Shown: one piece after another, positions 50,001 through 62,640 of the stretch
Layout of the letters: the number at the start of each line of letters is the position of its first letter
Numbering within the stretch: the first letter of the stretch is position 1
Source of the DNA: Eledone cirrhosa
Taxonomy: Eukaryota
DNA: 64,000 bases
Assembly: GCA_964016885.1 (NCBI GenBank)
Contig: OZ024743.1
Location: 298,778,001-298,842,000, forward strand
Direction of reading: 5' to 3'
The notes under the pieces: generated by a model
The model's input: the letters and a program-made list of their open reading frames with translations, nothing else
Told to the model about the DNA's origin: nothing
Database searches by the model: none
Translations under genes and position numbers: made by a program

Positions 50001-53000
50001 CTCTATAACAACTAAAGACAATAGCAGCCATAGTAAGAACCACAACAACACCTTCAACGGCAACAGACCACAACACTAACATCCTCTATAACAACTAAAT
50101 ACAATAGCAGCTATAGTAATAACCACAACAACACCTTCAACAGCAACATACCACAAAACTAACATCCTCTATAACAACTAAAGACAATATCGGCAATAGT
50201 AATAACCACAACAACACGTTCAACAGCAACATACCACACCACTAACATCCTCTATAACAACTAAATACAATAGCAGCAATAGTAATAACCACAACAACAC
50301 CTTCAACAGCAAAATACCACAACACTAACATCCTCTATAACAACTAAAGACAATATCGGCAATAGTAATAACCACAACAACACCTTCAACAGCAACATAC
50401 CACACCACTAACATCCTCTATAACAACTAAAGACAATACAAGCAATAGTAATAACCACAACACCTTCAACAGCAACATACCACAACACTAACATCCTCTA
50501 CAACATCTAAAGACAATACCAGCCATAGTAATAACCAAAACAACACATTCAACAGCAACATACCACAACACTAATATCCTCTATATCAACTAAAGACAAT
50601 ACCAGCAATAGTAATAACCACAACAACACCTTCAACAGCAACATACCACAACACTAACATCCTCTATAACAACTAAAGACAATACCAGCAATAGTAATAA
50701 CCACAACAACACCTTCAACAACAACATACCACAACACTAACATCCTCTATAACAACTAAAGACAATATCGGCAATAGTAATAACCACAACAACACCTTCA
50801 ACAGCAACATACCACACCACTAACATCCTCTATAACAACTAAAGACAATACAAGCAATAGTAATAACCACAACACCTTCAACAGCAACATACCACAACAC
50901 TAACATCCTCTACAACATCTAAAGACAATACCAGCAATAGTAATAACCACAACAACACCTTCAACAGCAACATACCACAACACTAACATCCTCTATATCA
51001 ACTAAAGACAATACCAGCAATAGTAATAACCACAACAACACCTTCAACAGCAACATACCACACCACTAACATCCTCTATAACAACTAAAGACAATATCGG
51101 CAATAGTAATAACCACAACAACACCTTCAACAGCAACATACCACACCACTAACATCCTCTATAACAACTAAAGACAATACAAGCAATAGTAATAACCACA
51201 ACACCTTCAACAGCAACATACCACAACACTAACATCCTCTACAACATCTAAAGACAATACCAGCAATAGTAATAACCACAACAACACCTTCAACAGCAAC
51301 ATACCACAACACTAACATCCTCTATAACAACTAAAGACAATACCAGCAATAGTAATAACCACAACAACACCTTCAACAGCAACATACCACACCACTAACA
51401 TCCTCTATAACAACTAAAGACAATACCAGCAATAGTAATAACCACAACAACACCATAAACAGCAACATACCACACCACTAACATCCTCTATAACAACTAA
51501 AGACAATACCAGCAATAGTAATAACCACAACAACACCTTCAACAGCAACATACCACACCACTAACATCCTCTATAACAAATAAAGACAATAGCAGCAATA
51601 GTAATAACCACAACAACACCTTCAACAGCAACATACCACACCACTAACATCCTCTATAACAACTAAAGACAATACCAGCAATAGTAATAACCACAACAAC
51701 ACCTTCAACAGCAAAATACCACACCACTAACATCCTCTATAACAACTAAAGACAATAGCAGCAATAGTAATAACCACAACAACACCTTCAACAGCAGCAT
51801 ACCACACCACTAACATCCTCTATAACAACTAAAGACAATACCAGCAATAGTAATAACCACAACAACACCTTCAACAACAACATACCACAACACTAACATC
51901 CTCTATAACAACTAAAGACAATAGCAGCAATAGTAATAACCACAACAACACATTCAACAGCAACATACCACAACACTAACATCCTCTATAACAACTAAAG
52001 ACAATACCAGAAATAGTAATAAGCACAACAACACCTTCAACAGCAACATACCACAACACTAACATCCTCTATAACAACTAAAGACAATAGCAGCAATAGT
52101 AATAACCACAACAACACCTTCAACAGCAACAGACCATAACACTAACATCCTCTACAACAACTAAAGACAATACCAGCAATAGTAATAACCACAACAACAC
52201 CTTCAACAGCAACATACCACACCACTAACATCCTCTATAACAACTAAGGACAATACCAGCAATAGTAATAACCACAAAAACACCTTCAACGGCAACAGAC
52301 CACAACACTAACATCCTCTATAACAACTAAAGACAATAGCAGCCATAGTAAGAACCACAACAACACCTTCAACGGCAACAGACCACAACACTAACATCCT
52401 CTATAACAACTAAATACAATAGCAGCTATAGTAATAACCACAACAACACCTTCAACAGCAACATACCACAAAACTAACATCCTCTATAACAACTAAAGAC
52501 AATATCGGCAATAGTAATAACCACAACAACACGTTCAACAGCAACATACCACACCACTAACATCCTCTATAACAACTAAATACAATAGCAGCAATAGTAA
52601 TAACCACAACAACACCTTCAACAGCAAAATACCACAACACTAACATCCTCTATAACAACTAAAGACAATATCGGCAATAGTAATAACCACAACAACACCT
52701 TCAACAGCAACATACCACACCACTAACATCCTCTATAACAACTAAAGACAATACAAGCAATAGTAATAACCACAACACCTTCAACAGCAACATACCACAA
52801 CACTAACATCCTCTACAACATCTAAAGACAATACCAGCCATAGTAATAACCAAAACAACACATTCAACAGCAACATACCACAACACTAATATCCTCTATA
52901 TCAACTAAAGACAATACCAGCAATAGTAATAACCACAACAACACCTTCAACAGCAACATACCACAACACTAACATCCTCTATAACAACTAAAGACAATAC

Positions 53001-56000
53001 CAGCAATAGTAATAACCACAACAACACCTTCAACAACAACATACCACAACACTAACATCCTCTATAACAACTAAAGACAATATCGGCAATAGTAATAACC
53101 ACAACAACACCTTCAACAGCAACATACCACACCACTAACATCCTCTATAACAACTAAAGACAATACAAGCAATAGTAATAACCACAACACCTTCAACAGC
53201 AACATACCACAACACTAACATCCTCTACAACATCTAAAGACAATACCAGCAATAGTAATAACCACAACAACACCTTCAACAGCAACATACCACAACACTA
53301 ACATCCTCTATATCAACTAAAGACAATACCAGCAATAGTAATAACCACAACAACACCTTCAACAGCAACATACCACACCACTAACATCCTCTATAACAAC
53401 TAAAGACAATATCGGCAATAGTAATAACCACAACAACACCTTCAACAGCAACATACCACACCACTAACATCCTCTATAACAACTAAAGACAATACAAGCA
53501 ATAGTAATAACCACAACACCTTCAACAGCAACATACCACAACACTAACATCCTCTACAACATCTAAAGACAATACCAGCAATAGTAATAACCACAACAAC
53601 ACCTTCAACAGCAACATACCACAACACTAACATCCTCTATAACAACTAAAGACAATATCGGCAATAGTAATAACCACAACAACACCTTCAACAGCAACAT
53701 ACCACACCACTAACATCCTCTATAACAACTAAGGACAATACCAGCAATAGTAATAACCACAAAAACACCTTCAACGGCAACAGACCACAACACTAACATC
53801 CTCTATAACAACTAAAGACAATAGCAGCCATAGTAAGAACCACAACAACACCTTCAACGGCAACAGACCACAACACTAACATCCTCTATAACAACTAAAT
53901 ACAATAGCAGCTATAGTAATAACCACAACAACACCTTCAACAGCAACATACCACAAAACTAACATCCTCTATAACAACTAAAGACAATATCGGCAATAGT
54001 AATAACCACAACAACACGTTCAACAGCAACATACCACACCACTAACATCCTCTATAACAACTAAATACAATAGCAGCAATAGTAATAACCACAACAACAC
54101 CTTCAACAGCAAAATACCACAACACTAACATCCTCTATAACAACTAAAGACAATATCGGCAATAGTAATAACCACAACAACACCTTCAACAGCAACATAC
54201 CACACCACTAACATCCTCTATAACAACTAAAGACAATACAAGCAATAGTAATAACCACAACACCTTCAACAGCAACATACCACAACACTAACATCCTCTA
54301 CAACATCTAAAGACAATACCAGCCATAGTAATAACCAAAACAACACATTCAACAGCAACATACCACAACACTAATATCCTCTATATCAACTAAAGACAAT
54401 ACCAGCAATAGTAATAACCACAACAACACCTTCAACAGCAACATACCACAACACTAACATCCTCTATAACAACTAAAGACAATACCAGCAATAGTAATAA
54501 CCACAACAACACCTTCAACAACAACATACCACAACACTAACATCCTCTATAACAACTAAAGACAATATCGGCAATAGTAATAACCACAACAACACCTTCA
54601 ACAGCAACATACCACACCACTAACATCCTCTATAACAACTAAAGACAATACAAGCAATAGTAATAACCACAACACCTTCAACAGCAACATACCACAACAC
54701 TAACATCCTCTACAACATCTAAAGACAATACCAGCAATAGTAATAACCACAACAACACCTTCAACAGCAACATACCACAACACTAACATCCTCTATATCA
54801 ACTAAAGACAATACCAGCAATAGTAATAACCACAACAACACCTTCAACAGCAACATACCACACCACTAACATCCTCTATAACAACTAAAGACAATATCGG
54901 CAATAGTAATAACCACAACAACACCTTCAACAGCAACATACCACACCACTAACATCCTCTATAACAACTAAAGACAATACAAGCAATAGTAATAACCACA
55001 ACACCTTCAACAGCAACATACCACAACACTAACATCCTCTACAACATCTAAAGACAATACCAGCAATAGTAATAACCACAACAACACCTTCAACAGCAAC
55101 ATACCACAACACTAACATCCTCTATAACAACTAAAGACAATACCAGCAATAGTAATAACCACAACAACACCTTCAACAGCAACATACCACACCACTAACA
55201 TCCTCTATAACAACTAAAGACAATACCAGCAATAGTAATAACCACAACAACACCATAAACAGCAACATACCACACCACTAACATCCTCTATAACAACTAA
55301 AGACAATACCAGCAATAGTAATAACCACAACAACACCTTCAACAGCAACATACCACACCACTAACATCCTCTATAACAAATAAAGACAATAGCAGCAATA
55401 GTAATAACCACAACAACACCTTCAACAGCAACATACCACACCACTAACATCCTCTATAACAACTAAAGACAATACCAGCAATAGTAATAACCACAACAAC
55501 ACCTTCAACAGCAAAATACCACACCACTAACATCCTCTATAACAACTAAAGACAATAGCAGCAATAGTAATAACCACAACAACACCTTCAACAGCAGCAT
55601 ACCACACCACTAACATCCTCTATAACAACTAAAGACAATACCAGCAATAGTAATAACCACAACAACACCTTCAACAACAACATACCACAACACTAACATC
55701 CTCTATAACAACTAAAGACAATAGCAGCAATAGTAATAACCACAACAACACATTCAACAGCAACATACCACAACACTAACATCCTCTATAACAACTAAAG
55801 ACAATACCAGAAATAGTAATAAGCACAACAACACCTTCAACAGCAACATACCACAACACTAACATCCTCTATAACAACTAAAGACAATAGCAGCAATAGT
55901 AATAACCACAACAACACCTTCAACAGCAACAGACCACAACACTAACATGCTCTATAACAACTAAAGACAATACCGGCAATAGTAATAACCACAACAACAC

Positions 56001-58900
56001 CTTCAACAACAACATACCACAACACTAACATCCTCTATAACAACTAAAGACAATATCGGCAATAGTAATAACCACAACAACACCTTCAACAGCAACATAC
56101 CACACCACTAACATCCTCTATAACAACTAAAGACAATACAAGCAATAGTAATAACCACAACACCTTCAACAGCAACATACCACAACACTAACATCCTCTA
56201 CAACATCTAAAGACAATACCAGCAATAGTAATAACCACAACAACACCTTCAACAGCAACATACCACAACACTAACATCCTCTATATCAACTAAAGACAAT
56301 ACCAGCAATAGTAATAACCACAACAACACCTTCAACAGCAACATACCACACCACTAACATCCTCTATAACAACTAAAGACAATATCGGCAATAGTAATAA
56401 CCACAACAACACCTTCAACAGCAACATACCACACCACTAACATCCTCTATAACAACTAAAGACAATACAAGCAATAGTAATAACCACAACACCTTCAACA
56501 GCAACATACCACAACACTAACATCCTCTACAACATCTAAAGACAATACCAGCAATAGTAATAACCACAACAACACCTTCAACAGCAACATACCACAACAC
56601 TAACATCCTCTATAACAACTAAAGACAATATCGGCAATAGTAATAACCACAACAACACCTTCAACAGCAACATACCACACCACTAACATCCTCTATAACA
56701 ACTAAGGACAATACCAGCAATAGTAATAACCACAAAAACACCTTCAACGGCAACAGACCACAACACTAACATCCTCTATAACAACTAAAGACAATAGCAG
56801 CCATAGTAAGAACCACAACAACACCTTCAACGGCAACAGACCACAACACTAACATCCTCTATAACAACTAAATACAATAGCAGCTATAGTAATAACCACA
56901 ACAACACCTTCAACAGCAACATACCACAAAACTAACATCCTCTATAACAACTAAAGACAATATCGGCAATAGTAATAACCACAACAACACGTTCAACAGC
57001 AACATACCACACCACTAACATCCTCTATAACAACTAAATACAATAGCAGCAATAGTAATAACCACAACAACACCTTCAACAGCAAAATACCACAACACTA
57101 ACATCCTCTATAACAACTAAAGACAATATCGGCAATAGTAATAACCACAACAACACCTTCAACAGCAACATACCACACCACTAACATCCTCTATAACAAC
57201 TAAAGACAATACAAGCAATAGTAATAACCACAACACCTTCAACAGCAACATACCACAACACTAACATCCTCTACAACATCTAAAGACAATACCAGCCATA
57301 GTAATAACCAAAACAACACATTCAACAGCAACATACCACAACACTAATATCCTCTATATCAACTAAAGACAATACCAGCAATAGTAATAACCACAACAAC
57401 ACCTTCAACAGCAACATACCACAACACTAACATCCTCTATAACAACTAAAGACAATACCAGCAATAGTAATAACCACAACAACACCTTCAACAACAACAT
57501 ACCACAACACTAACATCCTCTATAACAACTAAAGACAATATCGGCAATAGTAATAACCACAACAACACCTTCAACAGCAACATACCACACCACTAACATC
57601 CTCTATAACAACTAAAGACAATACAAGCAATAGTAATAACCACAACACCTTCAACAGCAACATACCACAACACTAACATCCTCTACAACATCTAAAGACA
57701 ATACCAGCAATAGTAATAACCACAACAACACCTTCAACAGCAACATACCACAACACTAACATCCTCTATATCAACTAAAGACAATACCAGCAATAGTAAT
57801 AACCACAACAACACCTTCAACAGCAACATACCACACCACTAACATCCTCTATAACAACTAAAGACAATATCGGCAATAGTAATAACCACAACAACACCTT
57901 CAACAGCAACATACCACACCACTAACATCCTCTATAACAACTAAAGACAATACAAGCAATAGTAATAACCACAACACCTTCAACAGCAACATACCACAAC
58001 ACTAACATCCTCTACAACATCTAAAGACAATACCAGCAATAGTAATAACCACAACAACACCTTCAACAGCAACATACCACAACACTAACATCCTCTATAA
58101 CAACTAAAGACAATACCAGCAATAGTAATAACCACAACAACACCTTCAACAGCAACATACCACACCACTAACATCCTCTATAACAACTAAAGACAATACC
58201 AGCAATAGTAATAACCACAACAACACCATAAACAGCAACATACCACACCACTAACATCCTCTATAACAACTAAAGACAATACCAGCAATAGTAATAACCA
58301 CAACAACACCTTCAACAGCAACATACCACACCACTAACATCCTCTATAACAAATAAAGACAATAGCAGCAATAGTAATAACCACAACAACACCTTCAACA
58401 GCAACATACCACACCACTAACATCCTCTATAACAACTAAAGACAATACCAGCAATAGTAATAACCACAACAACACCTTCAACAGCAAAATACCACACCAC
58501 TAACATCCTCTATAACAACTAAAGACAATAGCAGCAATAGTAATAACCACAACAACACCTTCAACAGCAGCATACCACACCACTAACATCCTCTATAACA
58601 ACTAAAGACAATACCAGCAATAGTAATAACCACAACAACACCTTCAACAACAACATACCACAACACTAACATCCTCTATAACAACTAAAGACAATAGCAG
58701 CAATAGTAATAACCACAACAACACATTCAACAGCAACATACCACAACACTAACATCCTCTATAACAACGAAAGACAATACCAGAAATAGTAATAAGCACA
58801 ACAACACCTTCAACAGCAACATACCACAACACTAACATCCTCTATAACAACTAAAGACAATAGCAGCAATAGTAATAACCACAACAACACCTTCAACAGC
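49900..58900. repeat. Variable-length HOR domain (2315, 1485, 2973 bp units) with nested 329/412-bp subunits
   Basis: GCCATAGTAAGAACC at ~50037, 52352, 53837 and 56810. The 80-bp TACAAGC monomer recurs at 412- and 329-bp spacing (e.g. 50439, 50851, 51180). Confidence 0.85.
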
Positions 58901-61900
58901 AACAGACCACAACACTAACATGCTCTATAACAACTAAAGACAATACCGGCAATAGTAATAACCACAACAACACCTTCAACAGCAACATACCACAACACTA
59001 ACATCTTCTACAACAACTAAAGACAAGACCGGCAATAGTAATAACCACAACAACACCTTCAACAGCAACATACCACACCACTAACATCCTCTATAACAAC
59101 TAAAGACAATATCGGCAATAGTAATAACCACACCTTCAACAGCAACATACCACACCACTAACATCCTCTATAACAACTAAAGACAATACCAGCAATAGTA
59201 ATAACCACAACAACACCTTCAACAGCAACAGACCACAACACTAACATCCTCTATAACAACTAAAGACAATAGCAGCAATAGTAATAACCACAACAACACC
59301 TTCAACAGCAGCATACCACAACACTAACATCCTCTATAACAACTAAAGACAATACCAGAAATAGTAATAACCACAACAACACATTCAACAGCAACATACC
59401 ACACCACTAACATCCTCTATAAAAACTAAAGACAATAGCAGCAATTGAAATAACCACAACAACACCTTCAACAGCAACATACCACACCACTAACATCCTC
59501 TACAACAACTAAAGACAATACCAGCTATAGTAATAACCACAACAACACCTTCAACAGCAACAGACCACACAACTAACATCCTCTATAATAACTAAAGACA
59601 ATAGCAGCAATAGTAATAACCACAACACCTTCAACAGCAACAGACCACAACACTAACTTCCTCTATAACAACTAAAGACAATAGCAGCAATAGTAATAAC
59701 CACAACAACACATTCAACAGCAACATACCACACCACTAACATCTTCTATAACAACTAAAGACAATACCAGCAATAGTAATAACCACAACAACACCTTCAA
59801 GAGCAACATACCACACCACTAACATCCTCTATAACAACTAAAGACAATACCGGCAATAGTAATAACCACAACAACACCTTCAACAGCAACAGACCACAAC
59901 ACTAACATCCTCTATAACAACTAAAGACAATAGCAGCAATAGTAATAACCACAACAACACCTTCAATAGCAACAGACCACAAAACTAACATCCTCTACAA
60001 CAACTAAAGACAATACCAGCAATAGTAATAACCACAACAACACCTTCAACAGCAACAGACCACAACACTAACATCCTCTATAACAACTAAAGACAATAGC
60101 AGCAATAGTAATAGCCACAACAACACATTCAACATCAACATACCACAACACTAACATCGTCTATAACAACTAAAGACAATACCAGCAATAGTAATAACCA
60201 CAACAACACCTTCAACAGCAACATACGACACCACTAACATCCTCAATAATAACTGAAGACAATACCGGCAATAGTAATAACCACAACAACACCTTCAACA
60301 GCAACAGACCACAACACTAACATCCTCTACAACAACTAAAGACAATAGAAGCAATAGTAATAACAACAAAAACACCTTCAACAGCAACATACCACAACAC
60401 TGACATCCTCTACAACAACTAAAGACAATACCAGCAATAGTAATAACCACAACAACACCTTCAACAGCAACATACCACAACACTAACATCCTCTATAACA
60501 ACTAAAGACAATAGCAGCAATAGTAATAACCACAACAACATCTTCAAGAGCAACAGACCACAACACTAACATCCTCTATAACAACTAAAAACAATAGCAG
60601 CAATAGTAATAACCACAACAACACCTTCAACAGCAACATACCACAACACTAACATCCTCTACAACAACTAAACACAATAGCAGCAATAGTAATAACCACA
60701 ACAACACCTTCAACAGCAACATACCACAACACTAACATCCTCTACAACAACTAAAGACAATAGCAGCAATAGTAATAACCACAACAACACCTTAAACAGC
60801 AACAGACCACAACACTAACATCCTCTATAACAACTAAAGACAATAGCAGCAATAGTAATAACCACAAGAATACCTTCAACAGCAACAGACCACAACACTA
60901 ACATCCTCTACAACAATTAAAGACAATAGCAGCAATAGTAATAACCACAACAACACCTTCAACAGCAACAGACCACAACACTAACATCCTCTATAACAAC
61001 TAAAGACGATACCGGCAATAGTAATAACCACAACAACACCTTCAACAGCAACATACCACAACACTAACATCCTATACAACAACTAAAGACAATACCGGCA
61101 ATAGTAATAACCACAACAACACCTTCAACAGCAACATACCACACCACTAACATCCTCTATAACAACTAAAGACAATAGCAGCAATAGTAATAACCACAAC
61201 AACACCTTCAACAGCAACATACCACACCACTAACATCCTCTATAACGACTAAAGACAATACCAGCAATAGTAATAACCACAACAACACCTTCAACAGCAA
61301 CATACCACACCACTAACATCCTCTATAACAACTAAAGACAATACCAGCAATAGTAATAACCACAAAACCTTCAACAGCAACATACCACACCACTAACATC
61401 CTCTATAACAACTAAAGACAATTGCAGCAATAGTAATAACCACAACAACACCTTCAACAGCAACATACCACACCACTAACATCCTCTATAACAACTAAAG
61501 ACAATAGCAGCAATAGTAATAACCACAACAACACCTTCAACAGCAGCATACCACACCACTAACATCCTCAACAACAACTAAAGACAATACCAACTATAGT
61601 AATAACCACAACAACACCTTCTACAGCAACAGACCATAACACTAACATCCTCTACAACAACTAAAGACAATATCGTCAATAGTAATAACCACAACAACAC
61701 CTTCAACAGCAACAGACCACAACACTAACATCCTCTATAACAACTAAAGACAATAGCAGCAATAGTAATAACCACAACAACACCTTCAACAGCAACAGAC
61801 CACAACACTAACATCCTCTATAACAACTAAAGACAATAGCAGCAATAGTAATAACCACAACAACACCTTCAACAGCAACATACCACAACACTAACATCCT

Positions 61901-62640
61901 CTACAACATCTAAAGACAATACCAGCAATAGTAATAACCACAACAACACCTTCAACAGCAACATACCACAACACTAACATCCTCTATAACAACTAAAGAC
62001 AATAGCAGCAATAGTAATAACCACAACAACACCTTCAACAGCAACAGACCACAACACTAACATCCTCTATAACAACTAAATACAATAGCAGCTATAGTAA
62101 TAACCACAACAACACCTTCAACAGCAACATACCACAACACTAACATCCTCTATAACAACTAAAGACAATATCGGCAATAGTGATAACCACACCTTCAACA
62201 GCAACATACCACACCACTAACATCCTCTATAACAACTAAAGACAATACCAGCAATAGTAATAACCACAACAACACCTTAAACAGCAACAGACCACAACAC
62301 TAACATCCTCTATAACAACTAAAAACAATAGCAGCAATAGTAATAACCACAACAACACCTTCAACAGCATTATACCACAACACTAACATCCTCTATAACA
62401 ACTAAAGACAATACCAGCTATAGTAATAACCACAACAACACCTTCAACAGCAACAGACCATAACACTAACATCCTCTACAACAACTAAAGACAATACCAG
62501 CAATAGTAATAACCACAACAACACCTTCAACAGCAACATACCACACCACTAACATCCTCTATAACAACTAAGGACAATACCAGCAATAGTAATAACCACA
62601 AAAACACCTTCAACGGCAACAGACCACAATACTAACATCC
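58290..62640. repeat. Second copy of the ~4.3-kb block at ~44000-48350 (offset 14,290 bp)
   Basis: ATGCTCT 44631/58921, GCAATTGAAA 45157/59447, TTCAAGAGCAACATA 45511/59801, CCTCAATAA 45951/60241, ORF 46005/60295 and TTCTACAGC 47332/61622 all show a 14,290 offset. Confidence 0.9.

Noticed and set aside
3761-60489. 24 near-identical 64-aa minus-strand ORFs (MLVLWSVAIEG...) resembling small membrane or Cys-rich peptides
   Set aside because: They span ~2.3 monomers and appear only where the CTA>CTG variant removes a TAG stop. Their L/V/C composition follows from GT-rich sequence, the 83-bp period shifts the frame, and the copies overlap with no gene context.
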